Below the pieces are notes generated by a model. The model searched no databases. It was not told the origin of the DNA and was given only the letters and a program-made list of their open reading frames with translations. From NCBI RefSeq assembly GCF_009914755.1, contig NC_060925.1: a DNA stretch of 64,000 nucleotides; one strand, given 5' to 3'. The position numbers and the translations under genes were made by a program. Below are positions 31,455 through 50,398 of this stretch, piece after piece. Every line of letters starts with the position of its first letter. Position 1 is the first letter of the stretch. The stretch is from the human T2T-CHM13v2.0 reference genome, Homo sapiens.

Positions 31455-31810
31455 TGATATGGTTGGGCTGTGTCCCTACCCAAATCTCAACTTAAATTGT
31501 ATCTCCCAGAATTCCCCCATGTTGTGGGAGGGAACCAGGGGGAGGTAACTGAATCATGAGGGCCGGTCTTTCCTGTACCACTCTTGTGATAGTGAATAAG
31601 GCTCTCAAGATCTGATGGGTTTAGCAGGGTTTTCTGCTTTTGCTTCTTCTCTCATTTTCTCTTGCCACCACCATGTAAGAAGTGCCTTTTGCCTCCCGCC
31701 ATGATTCTGAGGCCTCCCCCAGCCATGTGAAACTGTAAGTCCAGTGAAACCTCTTTTTCTTCCCAGTCTTTGGTATGTCTTTATCAACAGAATGAAAACA
31801 AACTAATACA
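31455..31810 (+). mobile_element. THE1A-like solo LTR
   Basis: tgatatggtt...ctaataca termini; 5-bp TSD gctag. Confidence 0.93.
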
Positions 31811-33199
31811 GCTAGTGAGGTCTCAGAAGAGCTTGGAAAGATGACTTCACCAGGCTGTCAGACAGGAAAGGGAACAAGAAGAACCATTAAAGAGAGAGTC
31901 ATGGAGGCATGAAATAGCATGGGGTACTCAGAGAGGGATAAGAGTAAGATATCGCTAGAGCATAAGAACCAAGGCATAAGGTGGGGGATGAGGAGGCTGG
32001 AGGGGTAAGCAGAGGCCAGCGATATGTCCAGGTACGGAGCTTACACTTTACTCTGCAGGTGATGAAGAACCAGTGTCAGGTTTTAATAGGATAGCAACAA
32101 GGTCAGATAGGTGTTTTGGATAGCTCTGATGATCTATTTCCAACACCTCGTCTTTCTACCTGACTGAAACAACCTTGCACCTTCTCTTCTTCAAATCAAA
32201 TTCCAAATGAATTTCAAGGTCCTGCTCATAATTCATCACCATTGGAAGGCCTTGTCTGGTGCTCCTACCCCATGGGGCTCCTTCCCTTTCTCTGCATTCC
32301 CTCAGCAGGTCTGATCAGCTCCATCATGGCTCCCTGCATCAGCCTTGGAACAGTCGTCAAGACCTCCAGAGGCAAATGTGTATGGAGCCACCAGATGATG
32401 GGTTCTTTCAGGGTAGGACATTGTGTACTACTTTGGGACCCCCTCCAGTAGCCCACACCCAGCGACTGCTCTGACGGGGCTGCTGCAGCTGGAAGAGAGG
32501 TAACAGACTGCTTATCCTGCACACATTTCACATGTTCAGAAAACAAAAAAATTTCCTCAGAAATCCTGTGTTTCTCCAGAATGCAAGGGTTCCCAGGGAA
32601 ATTTCGGTCACCTGATTCTTGGATCTCCAGGGGCCTTCTTTCCACTAGCAGAAACACAAGTGCCTGCTACAAGGGCAAAGCTATTCAATTAGCTCTCATT
32701 GAAGTTTCTTCTTTTCCCCACAGGTGTAAATTGGGCGCCTGGCATGTTGTTTTGAACTTGACTCAACATAAAAAGATATTTATTTCCAGACTGTCCTTGG
32801 CTCCAAAGAAGGAGGCAAAGACACACTTGAGGCCTGCAAAGTTTACCCTACAAGCCCCAGTCCTCTACCTGGGGGAAATCAAGCACAGGGAAGATTTTGC
32901 TAAGCAAGTTATAGGGTAATTCATTCTTCCTGGGCCTGCAGAGAAGAGTGTAGCAAGCAGTATCTAAGGTATCCTAAAAGTGGTTAAATATGTAGACAGC
33001 ATATGATTGCCATGCACCACAGTAAATTTTTTCTTAGGAAAAAAAATAATTGTAAACTCAGAATTATAGAAGCCTGCACTCTTCAAAACAAGTTTGGTCT
33101 AAGAATGCATCAAATCTATTGTCACAATTCTTACATTTGACAGCAGAAACAGAACATATTTTCTACAATTGCTGCTTTTAAATAATTTCAGCCATATTC

Positions 33200-33820
33200 A
33201 TACCATTGTCCTTCAATGTCTCTCCTTTCATGAACAGCACATAATGCACTTCATGACCTAACCTCTGTCTCCCAGGTGGGTTTTACCTCTTGCCATTCTC
33301 ACAACATATACCTTCTACTCCAGCCAAACTGATCCAATGCATTTTCTCATATGGGCTGCATTCTATCTCAACTCTATTCATTTCCCATGCTATTCCTTCT
33401 CCTTATGATATATCCACACTCACACCCCTATCTTTTCAATTTTCTGTTTAGTTCCAATTTTTAAATACAACAACCAAAATTTATTAATGCCTCAAGTACT
33501 TCTGACATTGCATTAGGCATTACTACATTAAATGCAAGTAAGACCTGCTTTCAAAGTCCATCTCAGGCAGCATCTTCTCCAGAAACCAGCCTTACCACTT
33601 ACTCTTTCGGGATCCATGAAGGTTCCTTTATTTTGCAAGAGAGCTTATCATGCTCCATAACAGCCAGTTGTTTATTGACTATGTCTCCTACCAGGCTGTG
33701 AGCTTTTTGACATCAGAAACAATGTCTTATATTTCTGTCCTCACCTTCTCCACCCATAAAGCCTGGCCCTTCGCATTTGCTCAATACATGCTTATCCAAT
33801 GAATGAAGAAATGAATGAAT
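33200..33820 (+). mobile_element. L2 fragments
   Basis: tactccagccaaactga...tgctcaatacatgc...aatgaatgaagaaatgaatgaa. Confidence 0.6.
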
Positions 33821-33949
33821 TCCACTGACAGACTTTGCATGGCAACAAACAGACCTTTGTCTGTGGAGACCATCATGCTGGTTTAAAATCTCAGGCATAT
33901 TTTGCTGCCTATGGTTTAGAAAATTTAATTAAACTATATCTTCATCTAG

Positions 33950-34540
33950 TCAACAAATAGGGCAATGATATAGCAATGAACTAGGCTAACTCAACTCTTG
34001 CTCTTATGGAATTTATATTTTAGGGGGGAAGAAAAACAGAAAACCAGTCAACAAACAAGTAAAAACAATTGTAAGTTGTAATAAATACTATAGAGAAAAG
34101 AAACAAGATACAGAGATGGAAAATGACAGAGAAAGATCTTTATTAGTCAGGCCAGAACTCTCTGATACAATGACATTGAAGTGAGACCTACTAAAAGCTG
34201 AGGCACTAGTCAGAAGGAAACAGAATTCTAGGGAATGGGAAAGGCATATGCAAAGGCCCTAAGATAAGGAAGAACTGGAGACTTCAAGACTTTAAAGATC
34301 TTTAGTGGAATTAAAGCACAGTGAACAAGGAGAATAGTAGACAGTGGGCTGGAACGACCAGCAAAAGACAGGTCTCATATGGCCTTGTATGCAGGCCCCA
34401 GGAAGGAATTGGGATTTTTTTCCCCCAAGTATGATAGAAAAGCATTGAAAGATTTTAGAAGAAAAGTTACTTAATCAGACTTGGATTTCAGAAGATCACC
34501 TTTCCTGCTAAATGAAAGATGGAATTAATAATATTTAGGA
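33950..34540 (-). mobile_element. L2 fragment
   Basis: tgctcttatggaatttatattttagg...catatgcaaaggccctaag...gcattgaaagattttag. Confidence 0.65.
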
Positions 34541-34606
34541 TGACGTACATCCCTGAATTCCTCCTACCTTTTGATGGAGATAACTTCAAGATTTAACTCT
34601 TTAGAA

Positions 34607-34828
34607 CATGGGTCAACAAACTTTGTCTAGAGAAGGTCATATCATAAATATTTCAGGCTTTGTGGTCTGTATGGTCTCTGTCACAATTACTCAACTCTGC
34701 CATGAAACTCTGAATAAAAGCAGAAAATATATAAATGGATGAGTGTAGTTGTATTTCAATGAAACTGCATTACAAAAATAGGCAGTGGGCTGGATTTGGC
34801 CTACAAGCAATAGTTTGCTGACTCCTGC
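34607..34828 (+). mobile_element. MER58A-like hAT-Charlie MITE
   Basis: gggtcaacaaact...ctctgtcacaattactcaactctgcc...tagtttgctgactcctg. Confidence 0.8.
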
Positions 34829-35168
34829 TGCAGTTTTCTTATGCAGTTTTTATTATAGTTAAGCAGTTTCCATTCATTCCTATTTTGCTTAGGGTGCCTA
34901 TTAAGGATGGCTGCTAAATTTTATCATCTGCCCCTTCAGCATCTATTTAACCATGTAATGTCACGCTTTTAATTTAGGATTACATTGATAAATCTCATTT
35001 TGTTGAATTGTGTTCCTGAAATAAACTCTACTTAATCTTGTTGTTCTTTACACCCCTGGATTAAACTTACGGATTTTTAGAATTTTTATCTCTACATGCG
35101 TAATAAAGTTGTTCTATAATCCTATTGTTTAGGCACTGTCCTTATCGGGTGTTTGTCCTAAGGATATG

Positions 35169-35528
35169 GGTATTAGTCTGTTCTCACACTGTTAATAAAT
35201 ACATACCTGAGACTGGGTAATTTATAAATGAAAGAGGTTTCATTGACTCACAGTTCCACATGGCTGGGGAGGCCTCACAATCATGGTTGAAGGCGAATGA
35301 GGAGCAAAGACATGTCTTATGTGGTGGCAGGCAAGACATCTTGTGTAGGGGAACTGCCCTTTATAAACCCATCAGATCTCATGAGATTTACTATCATAAG
35401 AACAGCATGGGAAAGATGCACCCCCATGATTCAATTACCTCCCACCAGGTCCCTCCCATGACACGTGAGAATTTTGGGAGCTACAATTCAAGATGAGATT
35501 TGGGCGGGGACACAGCCAAACCATATCA
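35169..35528 (-). mobile_element. THE1B/C solo LTR
   Basis: gtattagtctgttctcac...gccaaaccatatca; TSD atatg. Confidence 0.93.
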
Positions 35529-35996
35529 ATATGGTAGCACTATAGTATTGAATGAGTGGCTTCTGGTTAAACACCTTGGATTAGAATCTGCTCCTCTACA
35601 AAGAACAAGAGGAAATGACAACTAAGAAAGCTTACTACTTTTTTGAAAGATGAAAATAAGATGGACTGGTGGTAACTAGTCTAGCAGAGCGGAGAAAAGG
35701 CTACAATCTAAACCTCTGCCATAGAGGATACATTGAAGAGGTAAATTTACTCAATCTTGACCAGACTGAATAACTGAAAGCACTATCTCTGCCCTGATTC
35801 AATGATGAGAGGTTGGATAGAAAGCAAGTGAATTGGTCAAGTTTGTTTAAGGAGCAGTTAGGTGGCAGGCTGTAGATCTGGTCAGATAGAGTTGTCTCTG
35901 AAGGTCAGAAGAAAATGGAACTACATTTTCAAAGTACTCGAGGAAAAATATCAACCTAGAATTCTATATTCAGGAAAAACACCATTTTTAAAATAG

Positions 35997-36670
<674 letters not shown>

Positions 36671-36699
36671 AGTTTCCAATTTTTAGATGGAGTGAGATT

Positions 36700-38850
36700 T
36701 GAGATTTCTGGTCCCCATTAAGTACAACTATAAACCCTGGAAACATTTCAGGAGGCAACCAAATGAAAGCTCCAAAAGATGAAAAGGGAAAGGTGACTCC
36801 TAGACTGGAGGAATACTATAGTGGCAGGGCATCTTATGTCTCCACTCAAGTAAAGACCTAGGTCTATTTTCCTCTTCCCCAACTTAACAACAGAAGGTAC
36901 CCAGGTAGGCGAATTCCTCCCACACACAAACATGAAACAACACCAAGGTGATTCCAGCAGTACCAGAAAGGTTAGGGGTATCAATAAGAAGCCCCATCAT
37001 CAGTAAGCAGATAGAAGTATTCTTCCCACCAGGACTGAAACGATGCTACTCCACCTAGAGATACCAATAGCAGGGGCAAGGAGCAGCACAGTCAAAGAGA
37101 ATCCCACCATAACATTTCCTGTCCCCAACAAGCAGAGGATGTAAAGCCACAAAAAGTGCCTGGCATAGAATATACTCTTCTTCGCTGTCGCAGAATCTTC
37201 TACCCCACAGAGAGACCCCAAGTGACCAGACAGCACTGCCACAACAGGCGCCCAGCCCAGGAAGACTCTTCCTCCCCAAGCTGACTGTCTGCCCCCACCC
37301 AGGGACACCAGTTGGTCAGCCTGCAGAAAATCCTCTGACCCTCAGGCTGACTCTATTTCTCACAAACCACCAGCAGGGACCCATGGGAACCCCAGCAGCA
37401 GAAAATAGATTAACTCTCCAAAATAGCACCATAATGCTCTGAAAATCAAATTGTCACTGGAACCCAGTCCACAAAAGTAACCAAGATCTTCATACTGAAA
37501 TTAAACAAGTTGGCTCCTGTTAAAATCGAATATAGAATTGAGTCATATAATACAGTAGTGAAAATATTCAAGACACAGTAAAAAATAACCCATAACACCA
37601 AGAACAGGGAAAATTACAAATTGAATGAGGAAAGATAATCATCTGATATTAAATAGATCTTGGAACTGACAAGGATTTTAAAGCAGCCACCAGAAAAATG
37701 CTTCAGCAACAATTACAACTTGTCTTAGAAAAAATAAAAAACCATAAAATCTCACCAAAGAAATAGAAGTTATAAATAAGAATCAAATGGAAATTGTATT
37801 GGTCCATTTTCGTGCTGCTGATAAAGACATACTGGAGACTGGGAAGAAAAGGAGGCTTAATTGGACTTATAGTTCGAACCATTTCTTACATGGTGGCAGC
37901 AAGAGAAAATGAGGAAGAAGAAAAAGCAAAAACACCTGAGAAACCCATCAAATCTCATGAGACTTATTCTCACAAGACCATCAAATCTCACATTTGATGA
38001 GATTTGAGATTCTCATCAAATCTCACAAGACCAGCACGGGAAAGACTGGCCCCCATGATTCAATTACCTCCCCTTGGGTACCTCCCACAACATATGGGAA
38101 TTCTGGGAGATTCAATTCAAGTTGAGATTTGGTGGGGACACAGCCAAATCTTATCAGAAATCATAGAACTGAAAAATACAATAACAGAATTTTAAAATCT
38201 CTAGGTAGGCTCAATAATAGAGTGAAAATCGCAGAAGATAAAATTAGTAACCTTGAGGAAAGATCCATAGAATTTACCCAATCTGAACAACAGAAAGAAA
38301 AAAAAAAAACAATAGAACAGAGCTTCAGGGACCTGTGTGATAATAATAAAAGATCCAACAATCATACAATCAGAGGTCCAAAAACAGTGGAGAAAGAAAA
38401 TAGGCATAAAAGAGCATAAAAGAGTATTTGAAGATAAAATGTCTAAAAACTTCCCAAATTTGGCAAAATAATTGAAACTACATATTTAACAAACTGAGCA
38501 AACTTCAACATGATAAACACAAAAAAAATCATACCAAGACACATCATAATTAAATTTCTGAAAACTAAAAGAAAAGAAAAAAATCTTTAAAACAGCTAGA
38601 CAGAAATGATAGGTTACCTATAAGGGAATACAAATTCAAGTAACAGTGGATTTTTCACTGGAAACTATGGAGGCCAGGAAAAAGTGGCAAAGCATTTTTC
38701 AAGTGCTGAAAAACAAGAACCATCAACCATGGATTCTATACCTGGAAAAACTATCCTTTAGAAATGAAGGAAAAATCAAGACATTCTCAGACAAGAAAAT
38801 TTACAGTATTTGTCACTAGCAGACCTATCCTTAAAGAATGGCTAAAGGAA
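36700..38850 (+). mobile_element. Old L1 (L1MC/MD-like) 5' region and ORF1 remnant
   Basis: ORF1-like peptides (LNNRVKIAEDKISNLEERSIE; RPILKEWLK). Confidence 0.75.
37795..38156 (-). mobile_element. THE1A-like solo LTR with an internal rearrangement
   Basis: tgtatt...ttatca termini; TSD gaaat. Confidence 0.9.
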
Positions 38851-39580
38851 ACTGGCTTTCCAAGGTGGCCAACTACAGACATTGGATGCCAAGTCTCCTC
38901 AGAAAGAAGATCAAAGTTACTGGTGAATGGAGAAGTTCTGAACAGAAAACTGAGGGAAGAGAGCCAGGACCCATTGGGATGCACACAGGAAGAATCTGGG
39001 GTGCAAAAAAAGTAAAACAACAAGAGTCTGGCAGAGACCAATACCTCAGGAATTCAGAGCACCACGGAAAGAGTAGAGGGAAGTACTCCTCTGCTCACCC
39101 CTCAGACAATCAGCTCATCACTAAACTGTAGAGGATTCCCTGTGCCCTCATGGCCCAAGGCAACAATATTGGTAGCAATCTGAGAATTTCCCAAGGTCAG
39201 AGAACTGTGCAGCCAGCTTGCATAGGTGTACCCAGACTCCCCTCAGACCCCAACTAAGACAATAGGAGTCATACTTGTTGTGCACCCATAGTGGGACACT
39301 GCCCTGCCCAGGGATTCTCCACCCTTAAGATACCATACCACCAGATTCCCCACAAACATACCCCACAACCCACTCTGACTTTAGCATGCACAGTAGATTG
39401 GCGGGTCCCTGGGGACCTGCGGGACCTCTGGAGATCTAGCCCTCTGCATGGGCTAACCCTAAGGGAAGGAGGAGCACAGCCTGCCAAAGTCTCTCTTGGG
39501 ACAAAGGAAAAATAGGCATGGCACCAACTGCTGAAGGAGACAGCACCAACATCCAGGAACAGATATGAAAAGTGGGTCAT

Positions 39581-39991
39581 TGTATTAATCCATTCTTAAA
39601 CTTCTATAAAGAAATACCCGAGACTGGGCAATATATGAAGAAAAAAAGGCTTAATTGGCTCACAATTCCACAGGCTACACAGTAAGCATGATGCTGGCTT
39701 CTGAGGAGGCCTCAGGAGACTTTTGCTCATGGAAGAAGCAAAAGGGAAGCCAGCACTTCACATGGCCATAGCAGGAGGAAGAGAGTGAGTGGGGAGGTGC
39801 TTCACACTTTTAAACAACCAGATGTCACGAGAACTCACCAGCATGAGAACAGTAGCCAGGGAAACAGTGTTAGACCCTTCATGAGAAACCACCCCCATGA
39901 GCCAAGCGCCTCCCACCAGGCCCCACCTCCAACACTGGGGATTACACTTCAACATGAGGTGTGGGCAGGGACACAGATCCAAACCATATCA
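39581..39991 (-). mobile_element. MSTA-like solo LTR
   Basis: tgtattaatcc...gatccaaaccatatca; TSD gtcat. Confidence 0.92.
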
Positions 39992-42872
39992 GTCATCTCC
40001 ACACACTCCCCGCCCCCTACCTACACTACTGTGAATGCAGCAGTCATTATTCGCACCGGGAGCTAGTGAGTGTGCACTGGGAGAAAGCATTTGTTGTGCT
40101 CTCATGACGGCTCCACCCCCACTGAAAGTGAGACCAAGCCACTCAGGTTTTCACAAAGGGCAAGGCCAACTCCCTCTCCCTACACAGAGTGGCAACAGTG
40201 TCTGAGCTACAGAGGACAGACTGTAGAGTTGCCTGCCTCGGACTAGGGTGAAGAAGCTCTGCCCCGAGGCCCATTTTTTTTTTAAATAGTAGTAGCCACC
40301 AGAGAGGCATATCCATGGTCTGCAGCTGGGAACCAAAAGTCAAATCCTTTATAAACTGAATGAGCCATGCAAAAGGGCCGTGATAGGGAAAAAGATCATA
40401 TCCCCGCCGACTTAGAAGGAGGAGCTGATGCACACCCTTTCTCCCAAGATCACAGCGCACCCATCACTCTTTCTTACCACCACCCACCCCATTCGGGGAG
40501 AGCTTCCCCTGGGCACCAGCCTACTTGGCGGCTCTTACTCTTAAGTGCCATCGACTGGACTGCATCCTGAACTGCATCATCAAGTAAAAAACCTGCTATG
40601 AGAGCTTGCTGCTAGTTCATGAGATAAGCTCCCTGAGATCTCTGCACCCTCAGCCCCACAGGAGATAGTATATCGGCTATTAAGTCCAACACATTACTAC
40701 AACAAGCAGCATCTGAGAAAGCTATCGTGCAGAAGCTATCTACAACCAAGGAACTCATACAGACCCTTAGCTCCCTGAAAGCACTCAGAAACAAAGACAA
40801 TTATACAAAACTTACACTACTTTCAAGCAATATTTTCAAGGGAAAAAATAATTTAAAAATGAAAAAGCCTCATCGAAACAATAGCAAATTTTAAAATAAG
40901 CAATGGCTCCCTCAGATGAGAAGGAATCAGCTCAGGTCCAGTGCAAAAAGCCAGTGTTTTCACACCTTCAAAGGATAACACTAGCTAGGATCTAGCAATT
41001 GATCCTAATCGGATTGAAATGTCTGAAGTGACAGATAAAAAATTCAAAATATGAATTGCAAGGAAACTCAATGAGATCCAAGAAAAAAGTTGAAATCTAA
41101 TGCAAAGAAATTAGAAAAAAATTATGCAGCATCTGAAAGACGAGATGGCTATATTTTTTTAAAAACACAAATAGAACTTCTGGAATTGAAAATTTTACTA
41201 AAGGAATTTCAAAATACAATTGGAAACTTTAACAATAGACTAGATGAAGCAGAAGAAAGAATTTCAGAGGTTGAAGACCAGTCTTCTGAATAACCTAGTC
41301 AGACAAAAATAAAGAAAAAAGATTTTAAAATAAATTAACAAAGACTTTGAGAAATATGGGATTACGTAAAGTGACCAAACCTACGACTTATGAGTGTTCC
41401 TGAGAGAGAAGAAAAAGTTAGCAACTTAGACAACATATTTGAGGGAATAATTCAGGAAAAAAATCCTTAATCTTATTAGAGAGGATGACATCCAGATACA
41501 AAAAATTCAGAATACACCTGCCAAATAATATATGACCATCCCCAAGGCATACACTCATCAGATTACATAAGGTCAATCCAAAAGAAAAAATCTTAAAGGC
41601 ATCTAGAGAAAAGGACCATATTGCCTATAAAGAAAATGACATCAGATTAACAGTAGATTTCTCAGCAGAAACCTTACAAGCCAGAAAAGTTTAGGGGCCT
41701 ATTTTTAGCCTTCTAAAAAGGAAGCCAGTAATTTTATATACCATGAAATGATGTTTCATAAACAAAGGAGAAATAAAATCTTTCCCAGACAAGCAAGCAC
41801 TAAGGGAATTACCAGACCAGACCTACAAGAAATGCTCAAAGGAGTTCTAAACATAGAAATGAAAGAATGATACTTGCCACCAGCTCACAGGCCCTATAAA
41901 GCAATTACACAATTGAGGCTATAAAACAACTAGCTAACAACACTATGAGTGAAACAAAACCACACATAACAATGTTAACCTTGAACATAAATCACCTAAG
42001 TGCTCTACTTCAAACACATAGAGTGGCAAATTGAATAAGAAAACAAGACCCAAGCTTTTTCTGCTTTCAAGAGAACCATCTCACATGTAATGACACCAAT
42101 AGGCTTAAAGAAATGGAGTGCCTCTCCATCTCTTCATCATGGAAAACAAAAAAAGCAGCAGTTGCTATTCTTGTATCAGATAAAACAGACTTTAAATCAG
42201 TAACAGTTTTGAAAAAAGATAAAGCATCATATAATGATCAGTTATTTGATACAATAAGAAAATTTAACTATCCTAAATATGTACACACCCAACATCAGAG
42301 CACCCAGATTTATAAAATGAATACTACTAGACTTAAGAGATATACAGCCATACCATAATAAGTGGAGGACTTCAATACCCCACTAATAGCACTATAAAGA
42401 TCATCAGGGTAGAAAACTAACAAAGAGACTCTGGACTTAAATCTGACTCTGGACCAAATGGACCAAGTAGACATTTATAGAATACTCCACCCCAAACCCA
42501 CAGAATATACATTATTCTTATCTGTGCATGAACCATTCTTTAAAATTGACCCATGCTCAGTCATAAAGCAAATGTCAACAAATTTTTAAAAATTGAAATC
42601 ACATCAAGCACCAACTTGGACCACAGTGGAATAAAATTAGAAATCAATACAAAGAGGAACTCTCAAAACCACACAAATACATAGAAACAAACAAACAAAC
42701 AAAAAAACTTGTCCCTGAATGACTTTTGGATAAACAGCAAAATTAAGAAAGAATCAAAAAATTATTTAAAACAAATTAAAATAGAGACCCAACATACCAA
42801 AACCTCTGAGATACAGCAAAAGCAGTGTTAAGTGGAAAGTTTAGAGCACTAAATACCTACATCAAAAAGATA

Positions 42873-43186
<314 letters not shown>

Positions 43187-43899
43187 TTAACAACCTAATG
43201 TCACACCTAAAGGAATTAGAAAAATAAGAACAGACTAAATGCAAAGCTAGTAGGAGAAAAGAAATAACTAAAATCAAAGTACAACTAAATGAAATTGAGA
43301 CCCAATAAACCATACAAAGGATCAATGAAAGGAAAAGTTGGTTATTTGAAATAATAAACAAGATTGATAAATCACTAGCTAGATTAACTGAGAGGGAGAG
43401 AGAAAAGATCCAAATAAGCACAATCAGAAATTACAAAGATGACATTACAACTGATATCACAGAAATATAAAAGGTCCTCAGAGATTACTACGAACATGTC
43501 TATGCACACAAAATAGAAAACCTAGAGGAAATGGATAAATTCCTGGAAACACACAAACTCCCAAGATTGATCCAGGAAGAAATCAAAATCCTGAACAGAC
43601 CAATAACTAGTTACAAAATTAAATCAGTAATAAAAAACCTACTAACCAAAAGCCCTGGGCTACACAGATCCCTAGCCAAATTCTATCAGATGCAAAAAGA
43701 GCTGGTACCACTCTTACTAAAACTATTTCAAAAGATTGAGGAGAAGGGATTTCTTCCTAACTCATTCTACAAAATCAGTATCATTTTGATACCAAAATCT
43801 GGCAAGGACCAACGGAAAAAAAAAACAACTTCAGACCAATATTCTTGAGGAACACAGACACAAAAATCTTCAACAAAATACAGCAAATGTATGATGCCA

Positions 43900-45440
43900 A
43901 CAAAAAAGTTGCTACCATTGTTTCACCTTACTGCCTAAAGAGTTTCCACATACAGCACAAAAAATGAAACCAGGCAGTGACCAACAGTACGCCTACACTG
44001 AGGAATAAGAATTGGGTGGAGATTAAGGTGGCTAGAATTCACATGACAGAACAGTAGAGTGGAAAAAGCAGAAGAGAGAGAGGAAGAGAGAGAGAGAGAG
44101 AAAGAAAGAGAGAGAGGGAATTCTGGAGAGCTGCAAAGGGTCCTACTTGACTATCTGCTGAATACTGATCAGCAAACTCAGAGAAAAAGAAGAAACCACT
44201 GAAAGGGATTCACAGGAACAACACCTAGGGTTCACACAGGGCCAGGTACAGTTCGTATTTCATCCGCCAAAGTGAAAAACCAAACAACTCACTGAACGTC
44301 AGCTACTGTGTTCACAAGGCTTTTGCCTCAGCAGTACGAAAAACATGTTTCTAAAGAAATGCTGCTCTGATCATAACTAACAAAGATCAAAAGCAAGACA
44401 CATTATATACTACAGGAAGACAAAAACAGCACACAAAAAGGAAAAATCACAAAGTCTGGCATCAAATAAAAAATTATTATGTATTCAAAGAGGAAGAAAA
44501 ATGTGACCCATAATGAGCAGAAGCAATTAACCAAAACCAGCCAAAAAGTGACACAAAGACAGAATTAGTAGACAAAGCTATTAAAACTTATTATAAACTG
44601 TATTTTATGTGGTCAGGAGGCTAGTAGAAATATTGAGCATGTTAATTTGAGATTTTGAAGTTAAAAAAATCCATATCAAACTTTTAAAAATACAAACTAC
44701 AGTCTCTGAGATGAAAAATATATTGGATTGAATAAAAGCAGATTAGACATTGCAGAAGAAAAAGTTAGTGAACTTGAAAATATACAAAAGAAATTATCCA
44801 AAATAAAATACAAAGAGAAAAAAAGAGACAACTTCAAGTGACCTAATTTATGTGTAACTGGATTGCCTAATGGGAGTGAGAGATAGGAACACAAGAAAAT
44901 ATTTGAAGAAATAATGGCTGAACATTTTCTAAATTAATGAAAACTATAAGCCCAAAGATTGAAGAGGCTCAATGCACTCCAAGAAACATGAATAAGGCTA
45001 TACCAAGTTACATTAAAATCAAACTGTTTGGCTGGGCACAGTGGCTCATGCCTGTAATCCCAGCACTCTGGAAGGCTGAGGCAGGTGGATCATGAGGTCA
45101 GGAGATCGAGACCATCCTAGCTAACACAGTGAAACCCCGTCTCTACTAAAAACACAAAAAAAATTAGCCAGGCATGGTGGCAGGTGCCTGTAGTCCCAGC
45201 GACTCAGGAGGCTGAGGCAGGAGAATGGCATGAACCCAGGAGGCGGAGGTTGCAGTGAGCCGAGATCGCGCCACTGCACTCTAGCCTGGGCAACAGGGCG
45301 AGATTCTGTCTCAAAAAAAAAAAAAAACTGTTTAAAACTAGCAATAAAATCTTTAAAATAATCAGAAAAAGACAAGTTACATGAATAATCATAAGAATGA
45401 CAGCAGACTTCTTATTCAAACCAATGCAAGCCAAGACAAT
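43900..45440 (+). mobile_element. Old L1M 5'/ORF1 remnant, including a (GA)n tract at about 44073-44117
   Basis: agattagacattgcagaagaaaaagttagtgaacttgaa is ORF1-like. Confidence 0.65.
45030..45324 (+). mobile_element. AluY/AluSc-like
   Basis: Full Alu; TSD aaactgttt. Confidence 0.93.
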
Positions 45441-45635
45441 GGAGAAACATTTTATAAAATAAAACTTTTTTTAAACCAATATGTTACTTGGAAATCTAGG
45501 ATTTAACAACTAAAAGCATTACTTTTCACAGAAGAGTGCTGAAAAACCTTAAATTTACAACATTTTCTCACTATAAAATGATCAATAGATGTAATGAAGA
45601 TGCTTTAATAAGCTAAAAATCTGAAACTGGCAGAT

Positions 45636-46137
45636 TGTAGTGTATGGCCTAAATTTCATGTCTGCCTTGGCATCTTTAAGGTCATAGGGCCCTAAACTCT
45701 TAAGTTACCCTGCTCTTACCAGATATGTTCCTCACCCTGTGGAAAAGGCTTCCCACTGGCTAGTTCCTCTATCAGCTGGGCCAGCTGCACTCCACTTAGT
45801 TTCAACCTAATGAGTTTCACCTCCCTACCAACGGCAAAATTATTTGCACAAGTCAATCGCATTCTCACAGGAGCCAGGAGTCACCTCATTCTCTTGTTTC
45901 CACAAAGCTTGCCTCTCAGAGCCCCTACTGCTTAGTTGGCTTCCAAGTGTGACCCCTGTGGTATGGCCCCCTCTAGCATGCTGTACCCTCCTTCCCAGGA
46001 CTCTGAGTCTAGGTGACTAATAAACTGCTGTCAGTTTCTTCTGTCCAGTGTCAGGCATCATGTTTCTGGTCATCTTATATTATTTAGGTTGGGGAATCCT
46101 TCCTTGCTGACAGAGTGAATAGGAGATGATCAGAACA
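45636..46137 (+). mobile_element. ERVL-type solo LTR (MER54/73/74-like)
   Basis: tgt...aca termini and internal aataaactgc. Family uncertain. Confidence 0.55.
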
Positions 46138-46528
46138 TCAGTATAGATTGCAGCTATAATCAAATTAAACTAACTTTCCATTTATTTCTAAATGTGGGTT
46201 TTTTTTCCACAGTGTGTACAAAATCTTTGCCTGCTATAATAAGAAATTGCAAATAGTAAAGTGTTTATACCGGTTTCCCTTATAATATCAGAAAGTTTTG
46301 ATTCAAGGCTTAATAGTATTTAACAATATTCCCAATTATAAATATTTTAAAAACTGAATTTTTCTGTAATCAATACATAATAGCATTGCACATTCACTTG
46401 TCATTTACATTCACTTGTACAAATTACTATTATACCATTATAAAAGCATATTTATTTATTATAAACTACTTACAAAATTTTGTTCAGGTAAATGTGTACA
46501 TGTTTGAACTCTTTAAAAGATCAGTGTA

Positions 46529-50398
<3,870 letters not shown>

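Noticed and set aside
32242-32919. Cluster of overlapping 69-130 aa ORFs
   Set aside because: No recognisable homology or consistent splice structure; locally higher GC and L2 remnants explain the ORF lengths.
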